NCBI GenBank assembly: GCA_963844985.1
Contig: CAWJQV010000016.1
Coordinates: forward strand, 5,467 to 69,466
Origin: an uncultured delta proteobacterium
Lineage (GTDB): Bacteria; Desulfobacterota; Syntrophobacteria; Syntrophobacterales; Syntrophobacteraceae
Reading direction: 5' to 3'
DNA length: 64,000 nucleotides
Under the pieces are notes generated by a model. The model was not told the origin of the DNA and ran no database searches. It saw only the letters and a program-made list of their open reading frames with translations. Below, piece by piece: positions 43,813-54,089 of this stretch. A program made the position numbers and the translations under genes. The first letter of the stretch is position 1, and each line of letters starts with the position of its first letter.

Positions 43813-44721
43813 CTATCCCCCTGGCGCCATACTGGCAACCAAGTCATGGAGTTGACCGTGGCCCCAGATGCTGTCAGCGGTGGTGTAGTATTCGGTCTGC
43901 CAGGATGCTTCGTCGATGGCGCGGCCGCCCCAACCGTATTCGAGGGCGAAATTCGAAGGGTTGGCCATGTAGAAGGAGACCATGTGATCATTCATGTGGC
44001 AGCCAAGGTCGATCGCGATGGGGACCCTGCGCGAGAGACAGAGGTCGTGGCCGGAGCCTACGTCATTTAAGGAATTGCACTCAAAGAGGATGTGGTTAAT
44101 TCGCTTGGGCGCCCGTGGGGCCTCCACCAAGCCGATAGAGTGGTGCCGTGCGTTGCAGTGCAGAAAAGCGAGGCGAACCTTGCCGCCTGGCACCCGGACC
44201 TCTGTAAAGTCGGAGATGCGGAAGCCAAGGAGGTCGCGGTAAAAGCCGACGCTCTCGTCCAGGCTGCGGGCATAGACGAGGATATGGCCGAGCCCCATGT
44301 CCCCAGTCTTGAAGCCGGTCATGGGACGGCTCGGATGGAAGGGATGCTGGTTGACCGGGTGGCCCCAGAATACCTCGGTGGAGATACCGTTGGGGTCGAC
44401 GCACTTGATCAAGTCGATGACACGGCGGTCTTCTGCTTCGTCTCGGGTGCCGGCGGTTACCTTTACGCCGCCGTCCCCAAGCTGCTGGGCGACACGCTGG
44501 AGAGTGGCTGAATCCGGCACTTCCCAACCGACGAACTCAAGGTCGTCGCTACCGTTCGAGCGCAGCTCCAAACGGTGGTGGTACTCGTCCATGCGGAGAT
44601 AAGAGCTAGTGTCGTCGCCAGGAACAACCTGCATCCCAAGGATATTGGTAGCGAGGTCGTGCCACGCCTTCGCGTCGCTGATGCCGACGCCGATGTAACC
44701 GAGTTGGGAGACGCTGGCCAT
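43813..44721 (-). CDS. extradiol ring-cleavage dioxygenase (BphC-like, VOC superfamily)
   Basis: 302-aa two-domain ORF with QLGYIGVGISD, MGLGHILVYARSLDES, FLHCNARHHSIGL and ALEYGWGG. Confidence 0.85.
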   Translation of the reverse strand: MASVSQLGYIGVGISDAKAWHDLATNILGMQVVPGDDTSSYLRMDEYHHRLELRSNGSDDLEFVGWEVPDSATLQRVAQQLGDGGVKVTAGTRDEAEDRRVIDLIKCVDPNGISTEVFWGHPVNQHPFHPSRPMTGFKTGDMGLGHILVYARSLDESVGFYRDLLGFRISDFTEVRVPGGKVRLAFLHCNARHHSIGLVEAPRAPKRINHILFECNSLNDVGSGHDLCLSRRVPIAIDLGCHMNDHMVSFYMANPSNFALEYGWGGRAIDEASWQTEYYTTADSIWGHGQLHDLVASMAPGG

Positions 44722-44898
44722 GTAGTGCTCCTTTTGCTAGGGGAAAAGGATACAAGGAAGCATAATGGCACCAATAATACTTTTGTCCTCCTGAGGTGGT
44801 CAAAGGGAAAATTCCTTTTGGGAATAACCTCACCCAACATGGATTTTCTGGCCGAAATTGAGGCTGATAGACCAACGGTGAGCCCTGCCTCTTCTTTA

Positions 44899-45030
44899 CT
44901 TGCCATAAGGTCGAATCTGAGCTGGGGCACCTCTCATGAAAAGTATGATCTGGACGTCGTAAGGTTTCAGGGTATCGAGATTTCAGCCATCAGGAGAGCT
45001 GCGTGGAGTTTCCCCTTCTTCAGCCGAACG
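44899..45030 (+). repeat. junction repeat copy C
   Basis: CTTGCCATAAGGTCGAATCTGAGCTGGGGCACCTC ... GTATGATCTGGACGTCG ... ATCAGGAGAG-ctgc-GTG-GAGTTTCCCCTTCTTCAGCCGAAC. Confidence 0.85.
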
Positions 45031-45044
45031 GCGATGGTTTCAGC

Positions 45045-45559
45045 TCACAGTGCATCTTTTGCCGGCATGAGTGGTACGCGTGTCGAGACAGCGTGTAATG
45101 CAATGTTGTGGAGCATTTCATTCACTGTGGTGCAGCAATCCGGCAGAATGCATACCTTGTACTTCTCTGCGGACTTCGAGATAGCCGTGTGAGTCACGCA
45201 GTTTTGAGTCATCATGCCGCACACAAGCAATTCATCGACCCCTAATTCAGAGAGCGTCTCTTCAAGATTAGTCTTCACGAAGCTGTCAGCAAACTCTTTG
45301 ATATAATGGGAGCATCGGGAGCAGCTTCAAGAATTCGTGGATGGATTTTCGCGCCGTCCGAGCCCTGGTTGAAAAATGGCGCAATCCCCATTTCGGGGTT
45401 TGCGATATGCTGGATGTGAATAATGGGAATGCCTTTCACTCTCGCCGCCTTGATCGCCTGCTCGATGTTGCTGAGCGTAGCATCCGTATTCCAGAGCGGA
45501 AACTTACCGCCTGGGAAATAGTCATTCTGCAAGTCAATGAGTAGTAGTGCCTTCTTCAT
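45045..45559 (-). pseudogene. isochorismatase-family cysteine hydrolase; frame broken near 45278
   Basis: KALLLIDLQNDYFPGG ... then (shift) FADSFVKTNLEETLSELGVDELLVCGMMTQNCVTHTA. Confidence 0.75.
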
Positions 45560-45584
45560 GCTTTCTCCTTCGTCGATTCATTAA

Positions 45585-45663
45585 GCCGAACGCTCCAGTT
45601 CACCGGGCCGCGAAAGCAAGTGCAACTCCGCTTTCACCGCTCCCTTGGAACTTGTTGTTCGGC
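45585..45663. other. attC-like site: GCCGAAC-gctc-CAGTTC ... GGAACTTG-tt-GTTCGGC
   Basis: Perfect 7-bp outer boxes, an unpaired 4-nt spacer, then a second paired box. It is 79 nt long and starts 11 nt after the stop of the 45674-46090 pseudogene. Confidence 0.5.
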
Positions 45664-45673
45664 AAACATGTCA

Positions 45674-46090
45674 TTACCACCTGGTTAGTATGGCCCACAC
45701 CATGTTGGGCGAATGACCTTTGACGCGAACCATGCGCACCCACAGCAGCGTCATATGTTCCAGATGCAGCGCTTGCTCAAGACCTCCAACAATCGAGTGG
45801 CTCCCAGCCGAGCTGTTTGATCAAGTTACCAACTGTCTTCTTCGCGGATTCGTCCTGCCCGCACTACATCATCACTGGCTTGACGTTGGAATGAGGATAA
45901 GAGCTGTTCTCGAAATTCTCGAAACCGTTGATGGTGAAGGTTTTGCCCACCTTGGCCTCTGGAACAAGTTCCTGCACCATCTCCGACCCGGATTGACTGC
46001 AGTGAAAGCTGGGGGAACTCATCGAAGACCTTGTATCGCGTTTTAGAATAGACCTCGAAGCTCCAACTCGTGCTTTGAGGGTTCGGTTCC
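45674..46090 (-). pseudogene. F420-dependent NADP oxidoreductase-like fragment (5' truncated, at least 2 frameshifts)
   Basis: My own translation gives SGSEMVQELVPEAKVGKTFT ... CGQDESAKKTVGNLIKQLGWEPLD / VGGLEQALHLEHMTLLWV. Confidence 0.45.
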
Positions 46091-46119
46091 GCGCAACCTC
46101 ATCTCCAGTTAATCTTGGC

Positions 46120-47064
46120 CTACCTCGCTACGATGCGCAACCCTATGCTGATAGGATCAAAAACCAAGTGCATGCCTAGATGTTCAAAGTAGCGGCTTGA
46201 TCCGTAAATGATTTTCCACTGCGTGCGATCAAAGTCAAAATGCGCTTCGGCGGTGATCGCACCATCGGGCAGATTGCTGATAGTCGCGAGAAACTTCATG
46301 TCATGATGCATGCCACGGAGTTCAAGTGTGCCTTCCACTTTGAAATTGGGTGCACTCAAGGATTCACCAATTTTCCGGGCCGAATTAATCGTGAACCGGG
46401 CTGTTGGGAACTTCTCTGTGAAGAAAAAGTCATCCGATTTTAAGTGAGCAATGAGGACCGGCTGCCATTCGTTACCCTCCAAGTTCAGATTTTTTAGCGA
46501 GTGCATGTCGACCTCAAAAGTTCCGTTTAACTTGCCTTGCTGTATCTTGATATCGCCCCTCAATAGACGTAACGTGCCGTAGTGTATCGTGTTTGGGTTG
46601 CGCCCAGTCCACTCAATAATGCTCTGTTCAATGTCGACACTGTAGCTCCGGTCGTCCAATCTGAGGTGATCGTCCTCGTCTACAGCATCCGGATCATTAC
46701 CCGTCAGAGGATATCCGGCTTCTCTCCAGGCAGCCAGCCCTCCGGTGAGAGTAAACACCTTTGAATACCCGAGCCGCACAAGCTTTTCGGCTGCGGTGAC
46801 TGAATCATGGGAAGCCCTGCTTGAGCCGTACAGAACAATCTCCCGGTCACGATCGGGCACGATAGCCTCCACTTCCGAGGGGAAGACAACTTGAAAGACG
46901 CAGGCATTTTGGGCACCTGGCAGATGCCTCTTGTCGAATAGTTCCTTTAGCAAGGTGTCAATAATGATCAGATCTGTCTTCTGACTGATCTTGTCGTACA
47001 ACTCCTCCGCCGTGATCTTCGCAAAACTTTTCGTATTTTCCATCTTCTCCTCCTCCACGACCAT
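46120..47064 (-). CDS. rhodanese-homology domain fused to a YceI-like domain
   Basis: HLPGAQN ... LYGSSRASHDS ... LTGGLAAWREAGYPL (rhodanese fold without the active-site Cys), then TGRNPNTIHYGTL ... FPTARF ... GTLELRG (YceI-like). Confidence 0.7.
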   Translation of the reverse strand: MVVEEEKMENTKSFAKITAEELYDKISQKTDLIIIDTLLKELFDKRHLPGAQNACVFQVVFPSEVEAIVPDRDREIVLYGSSRASHDSVTAAEKLVRLGYSKVFTLTGGLAAWREAGYPLTGNDPDAVDEDDHLRLDDRSYSVDIEQSIIEWTGRNPNTIHYGTLRLLRGDIKIQQGKLNGTFEVDMHSLKNLNLEGNEWQPVLIAHLKSDDFFFTEKFPTARFTINSARKIGESLSAPNFKVEGTLELRGMHHDMKFLATISNLPDGAITAEAHFDFDRTQWKIIYGSSRYFEHLGMHLVFDPISIGLRIVAR

Positions 47065-47243
47065 CTGGCATACTGCTTTTCCGTATTATGTCCACCTGGG
47101 CTGGGACTGATGCTGTCAAAATGTCATTGAGCTTGTTCAGAAAGGTAAGCATAGTGAATGATCCCCGCCATTCCACTTTTCCTGCCTCTTCGATTTGCTT
47201 GCCAACGGGGTGAGATCTTCTCTTGCAAGCGACCATAACGGAA

Positions 47244-47287
47244 ATGATCTGGACGTGTTAAACTTTTGAGCCCTTGAGATTACAAGG
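47244..47287 (+). repeat. junction repeat copy D1 (partial; in tandem with D2)
   Basis: ATGATCTGGACGTGTTAAACTTTTGAGCCCTTGAGATTACAAGG. Confidence 0.7.
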
Positions 47288-47420
47288 TCCGCCAGAAGGT
47301 GGCGCCAGACCAGACACACTTCGCATAAAAGGTATGATCTGGAAACGGTGAAGATTTCGGCACTTCATTTTTCAGCTGAGGAGGAGAGGTATGCAAAGTT
47401 TCCCCTTTTCCAGCCGACCG
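47288..47420 (+). repeat. junction repeat copy D2
   Basis: CCGCCAGAAGGTGGCGCCAGACCAGACACACTTCGCATAAAAGGTATGATCTGGAAACGG ... GGAGGAGAGG-t-ATG-CAAAGTTTCCCCTTTTCCAGCCGACC. It is nearly identical to copy G over about 90 nt. Confidence 0.85.
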
Positions 47421-47484
47421 TTTGAGTTGAGGGGCGCGAAGCCGGCTTGCCGGCGTAGCGTCCCTCTCGAACGATTGGTTAGCT
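47413..47484. other. attC-like site (GCCGACC ... GTTAGCT) with a long imperfect inner hairpin
   Basis: Inner arms CGTTTGAG(TTG)AGGGGCGC / GCGTCCCT-CTCGAACG with a 3-nt bulge. It ends 10 nt from the stop of the gene 47494-49137. Confidence 0.4.
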
Positions 47485-47493
47485 GACGCTAGC

Positions 47494-49137
47494 TCATCGA
47501 ACCAGCTCAATCTCGCTTGGTCGCCACGTCTTGTCGAAGAACGGTTCCAGCGGGCTGTAGAGGCGCAGGAGGACAAAGTAACCCTTTTGGGGCACGGTCT
47601 GAATCCAGTTGCCGCGCTTGATCCCCTCAGGTTGCATTGGAGCGAAGTAGACCGTCGTGGAGCCGTCGGCGTTAGGCTCGGCGGCGGGCGATGGATAGCT
47701 CTGGCTGCCGGCGCGTGAGTAGCGCTGCGGGGTGTCGAGCATTGAGCGCGACTGATTGTCATAGAGCGTGAGGGACCAGAAGTTCGCCGCGGGAATGCCT
47801 TTCGGCAGGCTCACCTTGTAAGTCTTGGCGCCGTCCAAGTACTGCTTGTTCGCGTCCCGAGTGCCATAGAGATACTGTGAGCCGACGCCGGTCATACGCA
47901 TGGCCATGGCCGGCGACATGCCGACGTTGGAGTAGAAATAAAACGTCCGAACATCCAGCGTGCGGTAGCCAGTCTTCGGGAAGGGCTTGACACCTTCGGG
48001 AATACGTTGCCCATCCCGTACCGGCCCCTCGATGATAGGGATCGGCGTCTCGAACTCGTAGCCGCCGATGAACATCGGACTCACCCAGGCCGAGTCGGGG
48101 TAATACACCCAGCTTTGATCGCGCGGGTTCATGACGAGACTGCGAGCGGTGGCATTGGCCACCGCGACCGCTTCGGTGAGGATCTTCTTCATCCGGACAT
48201 CGGGGGCAAAGGGTTTGCCCTTGACGATCCCGATCGCGGCGAGCGGGCCCATCAGTTCGGGGTCGAGCGAGGTAGCCGGCTCCTGCTGGACGACCTCGTT
48301 GAGCATCTCGTAGAAGCTGAAGTCGTTGGGCGGAATGGTGTTGATTGCCCTACCGCTGCCCTCATGGAACACGGTTTCGGGCGACGGCGCGATCCGTCCG
48401 AGCCGAACCTTGCCGCTCAGGAACTCGGCGAGGGGCGTGCCGACCCCGCCCGCCTCGTATCGGTAGACCTTGGTGAACTTCCGGATCATCTCGGCCGCCG
48501 GCTTCGGGCTGTTGTCCTCAAGGAACATACGGCCGAACCACACGACGCGAGTGGTTTGAGCGCGAGCCGTGAAAAACCCGCCCTCCGGCAGCGGACCGTC
48601 GTAGCCGGGCGGCACGATCAGGTACTTTCCGCCAAGGCCGCGATCGGGGCCGGGCAGGCCGAGGTCGATGACCCAGCGGTACCAGTCGTCATCGATGGCG
48701 CCGAGAAGTCTCGGAGGCACCTCCAGCACCATGGGCCCTTTTGTGAGATCGAGGAAACCCACGACGTAGAGCGTGTCCGCGTTGGCCGTGAGGACCAGCG
48801 ACTTCGAATCCATGAAGTCGGACCAGACAACGACCTCGTTATCTTTCACTCCGATGTCAGCAAGGCCTTTGTGGAAGGCCTGCATGCTGACGCCCTGGTA
48901 AGTGTTTACGAACGCTTCGAAGGCGTGGGTGAAGTCGAGGTTGTCATATACCTTGGCGAGCGTGTCACTGCTCGGCATGCCGTCCTTGAATTCGAGCGTG
49001 CCGATCCGGCTCTCGACCCTGTCGGGTGTCGTGATCGAGGACGGAATTGCGCTGGCCGACTGGGCGGTGGCCAAGCCGGGGGCTGCCATCAGGGCGCAGG
49101 TTGCGAGGATGGCAAATGGCCTCGTGAGCTGATTCAT
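47494..49137 (-). CDS. secreted DUF1254/DUF1214-family protein
   Basis: Signal peptide, then DDWYRWVIDLGLPGPDRGLGGKYLIVPPGY and NFWSLTLYD signatures. The start is placed at MNQLT. Confidence 0.75.
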   Translation of the reverse strand: MNQLTRPFAILATCALMAAPGLATAQSASAIPSSITTPDRVESRIGTLEFKDGMPSSDTLAKVYDNLDFTHAFEAFVNTYQGVSMQAFHKGLADIGVKDNEVVVWSDFMDSKSLVLTANADTLYVVGFLDLTKGPMVLEVPPRLLGAIDDDWYRWVIDLGLPGPDRGLGGKYLIVPPGYDGPLPEGGFFTARAQTTRVVWFGRMFLEDNSPKPAAEMIRKFTKVYRYEAGGVGTPLAEFLSGKVRLGRIAPSPETVFHEGSGRAINTIPPNDFSFYEMLNEVVQQEPATSLDPELMGPLAAIGIVKGKPFAPDVRMKKILTEAVAVANATARSLVMNPRDQSWVYYPDSAWVSPMFIGGYEFETPIPIIEGPVRDGQRIPEGVKPFPKTGYRTLDVRTFYFYSNVGMSPAMAMRMTGVGSQYLYGTRDANKQYLDGAKTYKVSLPKGIPAANFWSLTLYDNQSRSMLDTPQRYSRAGSQSYPSPAAEPNADGSTTVYFAPMQPEGIKRGNWIQTVPQKGYFVLLRLYSPLEPFFDKTWRPSEIELVR

Positions 49138-49466
49138 CTTCGTGTCTCCTCTGTTTTCGGATTTCAAGTATCGAAGAGGCCTCAATTCCTGGGCACATCG
49201 CTCGGGGCGAGGCTTCGGCCGGCTAATCGCGGCGTTGACCCGTGGAACGAAGATTGCGGAGCCGCAGGGGTATGCCAGCGAGTGACATCGGTGTCGAGTG
49301 GCCTGGTTGGCGCTGCCAAGGCGGTGTCGGCCAAGGTAGGCACCGATATGGGAATTGAGCAGTCAGCCTGCACCATTCGTTCGGTATTATGGACCAATTG
49401 GCCCTGGGCTTCAATGTCTGAATGATAATGATAGCCGCCTAACCATGCGATGGGAACTTGCTACGT

Positions 49467-49566
49467 CTTGCCAAGACCTTAAGCTCGCAGTAGCGACCGG
49501 TTCTTTGAGGGTATGATCTGAACGTGGTGAATTTTAGGAACGGTCAGATTTTAAGGACCAGGAGAG
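49467..49566 (+). repeat. junction repeat copy E (3' module continues to about 49670)
   Basis: CTTGCCAAGACCTTAAGCTCGCAG ... GGTATGATCTGAACGTGGTGAATTTTAGGAACGGTCAGATTTTAAGGACCAGGAGAG. It is closest to copy B. Confidence 0.85.
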
Positions 49567-49888
49567 ATATCTGGAATCGATCGACTACGGGGCCAGCAAC
49601 GCGATACAAGGCAGCTGTCGCAACTTATTGCAGGCCGATTACAGAACTCTATCACCTCCGTGATGCCTCTGTCCATCGAGTTAGCCGACCATTTACCGAG
49701 AGAGTGAATCTTCATGAGCAGTGCTCACGGAAGGGTTGGCAAATTAGAGTTTGTTTCGGTTCCTGACTTGCAAAGAGTCACGAAGCATGCCGAGATAGGA
49801 ACCGGATGAGCTGAGAGGCTCACGTCCAGATCTGCGCGGGCGTCGGGGTGCGATTCCCCAGCGCACTCTAGTATGTTGATGAAGACCA

Positions 49889-51856
49889 TTACAGTTCCAC
49901 TTGACTGCCCAACTCAACCACGCGGCCGGGAGGAATGCCGAAGAAGTTGGAAACATTCCAGGCGTTGCGTGACAAAAAGGCGAACAGTCCCTTGCGCCAC
50001 CGGGTCATCTTGCTGGAACCGGTAGTCAGCAGAGATTCCCGGCCCAGAAAGAAGGAGGTGGCAAAGATGTCCACATCCAGGCCGTGAACATTTAGCAGGT
50101 CGATGATTTCCTGGATATTGGGGGTTTCCATAAATCCGTATGAAGCTACGATACGGCAAAAACCGAGGCCTTTGTCGGTTATTTCGACTCTTTTCTCTCG
50201 CGGGACATAGGGAGTATCAGTGGAAACAAGGGAGAGGATAAACACCCTTTCCGGTAAGGCTTCGATATGTTTCAGAAGATGGAGCAGCACAATGGGAGTC
50301 CCCGTTGGCGACACCGAAAGAAAGAAAGCGGTGCCGGGAGTGCGCGCCAGCTTGAAGCCGGTAATGTCGGATATGAGAAGATCGAGGGGGACCTGGGCTA
50401 GTTCAAAACTCTTCCTGAGAACAGCCCGGCCGTCTCGCCAGGTGACCATGACGACGAAGAGGAAGACGGCGACGCTCACTGCAAACCAACCTCCGTCAAA
50501 GAACTTGAGCAGGTTGGCGCCGAAATAAGAAAGATCAAAGAAGAGAAAGATGCTGGAAGGTAACAAAGACTTCCAGAGCGGCCAACCCCAGTTATACCGG
50601 GTAACAAAAAAGTAGATGAGAGTGGTGATGGCCATGGTGCCGGTGACCGCAATGCCGTAGGCGGCGGCCAGACGGCTGGATTCTTTAAAGGCGAGCGCCA
50701 AACCCAGGCAGCCGATCATCATCATGGTGTTGACCCATGGCAGGTAAATCTGCCCCTTGGTCTCCCCCGAGGTATGTACGATTCGTAACCGGGGGCAATA
50801 GCCTATCTGGATGGCTTGCTGCGTCAGGGAATAGACCCCGGTGATCATCGCCTGCGAGGCAATGACCGTGGCGGTTGTGGCCAGAGCCACCATGGGATAG
50901 AGGAGAGGCCGCGGAACCAGCTCATAAAAGGGGTGGACCGAAGCCTGGGGGTTCTCCAGGAGCAGGGCGGTTTGGCCGAAATAATTGAGCAGGAGGGCGG
51001 GAAAGACCACCGTGATCCAGGAGAGGCGGATAGGCCCAAGCCCAAAATGGCCCAGGTCCGCATAGAGTGCCTCCCCTCCGGTGAGGCAGAGCACTACAGC
51101 GCCCAGAACCACAACCCCGTGCAGCCGGTTGGTGGCAAAGAAGGAGACGGCGTAACGCGGGTCCAGGGCCGCCAGGATTTCGGGCCGGCGTAAGATCTGG
51201 GCCAGTCCCAGGACGGCTATGGAGGAAAACCAAAACAACATGATGGGGCCGAAGACCCGTCCAATACGCTCGGTGCCCTGGCTCTGAAACATAAACAGGC
51301 CCGCCAGGACGATGCAGGACATGGGCAGGACGAAGGGTTCAGCGCCGATGGTGGCCACATTCAGGCCTTCCATTGCAGATAGCACGGAGATGACCGGGGT
51401 AATAATGCCGTCGCCATAAAGCAGGGCCGCACCAAAGATGGCCAGGAGCACCAGCAGGTTTACCCGGCGAGGAGAGACGCTCTGCCGCCCCTTGCTCAAA
51501 AACAGCGCGACCAGAGCGTAAATGCCGCCCTCCCCATGGTTGTCGGCCCGTAAGATGAACATGACGTATTTTACGGTGACCACCATCGTCAGCGACCAAA
51601 AGATCAGGGACATGACCCCCAGAATGTTATCCGGGGTGATGGTCATGGCGTGCGGACCGTGGAAGCATTCCTTGACGGTGTAAAGAGGGCTGGTGCCAAT
51701 ATCGCCATACACCACTCCCAGAGCCCCCAGAGCAAGGATCAGCTGTTTCTTCGGATCTTGATGCTCGTTCGGGCGGCCACGGCTTGACGAAAAGGCTGTT
51801 TCTGCTGACGCGGATTGAGGCGGCTGCTGCGCACCTGGGGTGGAAGAGGAACTCAT
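49889..51856 (-). CDS. kup: KUP/HAK/KT-family potassium transporter
   Basis: GALGVVYGDIGTSPLYT, ADNHGEGGI and a C-terminal cytoplasmic domain. The start is placed at MSSSSTPG. Confidence 0.9.
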   Translation of the reverse strand: MSSSSTPGAQQPPQSASAETAFSSSRGRPNEHQDPKKQLILALGALGVVYGDIGTSPLYTVKECFHGPHAMTITPDNILGVMSLIFWSLTMVVTVKYVMFILRADNHGEGGIYALVALFLSKGRQSVSPRRVNLLVLLAIFGAALLYGDGIITPVISVLSAMEGLNVATIGAEPFVLPMSCIVLAGLFMFQSQGTERIGRVFGPIMLFWFSSIAVLGLAQILRRPEILAALDPRYAVSFFATNRLHGVVVLGAVVLCLTGGEALYADLGHFGLGPIRLSWITVVFPALLLNYFGQTALLLENPQASVHPFYELVPRPLLYPMVALATTATVIASQAMITGVYSLTQQAIQIGYCPRLRIVHTSGETKGQIYLPWVNTMMMIGCLGLALAFKESSRLAAAYGIAVTGTMAITTLIYFFVTRYNWGWPLWKSLLPSSIFLFFDLSYFGANLLKFFDGGWFAVSVAVFLFVVMVTWRDGRAVLRKSFELAQVPLDLLISDITGFKLARTPGTAFFLSVSPTGTPIVLLHLLKHIEALPERVFILSLVSTDTPYVPREKRVEITDKGLGFCRIVASYGFMETPNIQEIIDLLNVHGLDVDIFATSFFLGRESLLTTGSSKMTRWRKGLFAFLSRNAWNVSNFFGIPPGRVVELGSQVEL

Positions 51857-52047
51857 GCACACCCTCCAAAACATCTTTAAAAGGTTGATTCGCCACAGAG
51901 GCAAGAAACGGCAGACCGTGACCTGTCCCATCAGGGTTTTTTCCATAGCGGGGTGATTCCAACGGCCTGGAGCTTTTCCAATGTGAGTTCGCATTCGAAA
52001 CTCTTCCGACGTTCTAATCCGCCGTATTTCGGGTCTTGCCTGTTTTG

Positions 52048-52967
52048 CTATCGCGTTGCTTTAAATTCTCTTTCGCGAACTACTTCCTGCATGCTGATAA
52101 GAGCCTCATCACACTGAGCGGCTATCTTCCGCTTCTTTCCTAAAGAAAGCTCGAAAGACTTGAGGTTGGTATTCTCACGAGAGAGTCTGATTATCTCGGC
52201 AGTAATTGCCGCAAAGTCATCGAAGGCCGCTCTTGCATCCTGGAGCGATGCACGGTCTTCCTCGGGAACTAAATCCGCCAGTTTTTTGAGGGAGGTGTCA
52301 ACGATCTCTCCATCCTGCCGCATCTCCGCTTCGATTTCATCCATCCGTGCATCACTTGCCGCTACGATGTGGGGAGCATGTAAAATCTGTATCCCCAGCC
52401 CCGCCGCAAGGGCATCGGATGCCGGTATCAGGACATGGCTGCAGTTGTCGCTCGATAAACTGGAATAGATCAGGTTCTTGAGAGCTCGTTCAAAACGCTT
52501 TATGGCTTCATTTCCTTTGCCAAAAGACAGGGCAGCAGCCTTGAGGTTGGTGTTCTGAACGGCGAACTCAGGATCTCATGGTCGATCTTTCGAAGCTCTG
52601 CCCAGCATGAGTCAAACTGATGGAACAGTTTCATCTCTTTATCCGTGTGATCCCGGTTGAGCAAAGATTCGAGCTCACGGTGATCTCGCTCTACACGGTC
52701 TGCAGCCTGGCGCGACCGGTCGGCAAAATCCCTGGAGGTCTCATCCGTATCCGCCATGACTGCGCTCTTTTCAGTTTCCTCCGACTTGAGGAGGTTTACT
52801 CTCATCGCAGACAAGAGCTCCATCTTCTTAGTCATATTGCCTATGACGTCCTGCAGATCGGGGCTGCCGCCTCTAAACCTGATGACGATCAAAGTCAACA
52901 CAAGGATCAGGGCGGCCAGCACTAACAGGGAAATCGAAATTCTTCCATGTGCATGTTGCCTGCTCAT
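52048..52967 (-). pseudogene. membrane-anchored four-helix-bundle (4HB_MCP-like) sensor-domain protein; frame broken near 52570
   Basis: An N-terminal TM segment plus helices. QNTNLKAAALSFGKG (shifted frame) and RENTNLKSFELSLGKK are duplicated motifs. No signalling domain follows. Confidence 0.5.
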
Positions 52968-53031
52968 ATTCTTTATGCTCCTTTCGGCTCAATTTACTGC
53001 TATCCGTAACCGTGCGGGCTCAGGCTTTCCT

Positions 53032-53223
53032 TTAGAGGACTTTCATTCGTTTCGTTGCCTGTGATACCTGATGACGAAGTTGAAATTGGGGAAGGCTCGC
53101 GGCAGCCTCATCAGGTTGAACACCATAACACCTATCGCCATTCGGTCCAGCCATGAGGACAATGGGCCAACCGAAATAGATGATCTCTTCCGAAGGATTG
53201 GCACAATTGGTACGCTGCTGCAT
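53032..53223 (-). CDS. small hypothetical protein
   Basis: 63-aa ORF with AAGGGG 8 nt upstream of the ATG; no family recognised. Confidence 0.25.
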   Translation of the reverse strand: MQQRTNCANPSEEIIYFGWPIVLMAGPNGDRCYGVQPDEAAASLPQFQLRHQVSQATKRMKVL

Positions 53224-53353
53224 ATTCGCACCCCTTTTTGAGTGAAGTCATTCTACACCTCCAATTTCCACCGCACATAATTTAAGCAGGATCTTTTCAG
53301 TGTTGTACTTCGCAGCGCTATTTTCTCGTTCAAATCTGCAGAATTCAGAACCT

Positions 53354-53480
53354 CTTGCCACGGTGGTGAAACGGCAGCCTGCCTCGATTTACTATGCACA
53401 TGATTTGGAAGTGGTAACTTTCCAAGACGTCGAGATTTCAGTCATCAGGAGAGAAACGTGGAGTCTATCCTCCAGCCAAC
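53354..53480 (+). repeat. junction repeat copy F
   Basis: CTTGCCACGGTGG ... CACATGATTTGGAAGTGGTAACTTTCCAAGACGTCGAGATTTCAGTCATCAGGAGAG-aaac-GTG ... CCAGCCAAC. Confidence 0.8.
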
Positions 53481-53536
53481 ATAGCCATCACCGGGAGCCA
53501 TCTTTATCGGCGATCCGGTGCATGGCATGGTTAGGC
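53474..53536. other. attC-like site AGCCAAC-ATAGCCAT-CACCGG ... CCGGTG-CATGGCATG-GTTAGGC
   Basis: 63 nt, nearly fully paired arms with two extra bases on one arm. GTTAGGC abuts the stop codon of the gene 53539-53955. Confidence 0.55.
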
Positions 53537-53538
53537 AA

Positions 53539-53955
53539 CTACTTTGCCTTACACTTGTATACGTAGTTCGAACTCGTGCCTTTAAGCGGATAGTCCTGAT
53601 CGTTAAGATCGAGCCGGAAGGTAATCTCTACGTCGCGACACCCGTCATGTTTGATACCATCCGAGGTGATCGTGACGTCGCGTTCACAGCTCAGAAGAAT
53701 CCCCCCATCTGAGCGAGATAGGTTTTGGATTTTTACAACGACGTTTTCCCCACGAGCCTCATATATAAACTCGGACTGCCCTGATCCACTTACCCCGATA
53801 TGATCAACCTTCCATCCGGCGGGTCTAAGCAGCACGGCTTTGATTTTATCAGGCCCACCAGCACCGGTATTGTCTTGGGCATAAGCCGTTGGTATTGTTT
53901 GGAGCGAAGAAAAACAAAGAACACAGGAGATGGCAAGAAAAGAATACAGTTTCAT
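53539..53955 (-). CDS. secreted hypothetical protein
   Basis: 138-aa ORF with the signal peptide MKLYSFLAISCVLCFSSLQTIPTAYA. Confidence 0.45.
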   Translation of the reverse strand: MKLYSFLAISCVLCFSSLQTIPTAYAQDNTGAGGPDKIKAVLLRPAGWKVDHIGVSGSGQSEFIYEARGENVVVKIQNLSRSDGGILLSCERDVTITSDGIKHDGCRDVEITFRLDLNDQDYPLKGTSSNYVYKCKAK

Positions 53956-53987
53956 TTGAGCCTCCCTCTGGGTCGAAATAATTCGTT

Positions 53988-54077
53988 GCCTAACGCAAAA
54001 TCAGCGGTGCCAGGCCATGGACTTGAAAACATGACCACAAGGCGTGTCCGGGCATCCGCTGCATTTTTTTGTTCGCA
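53988..54077. other. attC-like site GCCTAAC-GCAAAATCAGCGG ... CCGCTGCATTTTTTT-GTTCGCA
   Basis: 90 nt; outer AAC/GTT boxes plus paired inner boxes with unequal arms. It fills the spacer between the genes 54090-54419 and 53539-53955. Confidence 0.5.
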
Positions 54078-54089
54078 CCTTCTATCGCG

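Noticed and set aside
47318-47345. dif/Xer-like core inside the junction repeats (ACTTCGCATAA-AAGGTA-TGATCTGGAAA resembles XerC-arm/spacer/XerD-arm; copy A even reads GTTCGTATAG-AAAGTA-TGATCT)
   Set aside because: The would-be central spacer varies from 4 to 6 nt between copies. The XerD-side arm matches only 5-6 of 11 positions, and the inner arm halves are not palindromic. This is not consistent with a fixed tyrosine-recombinase core.
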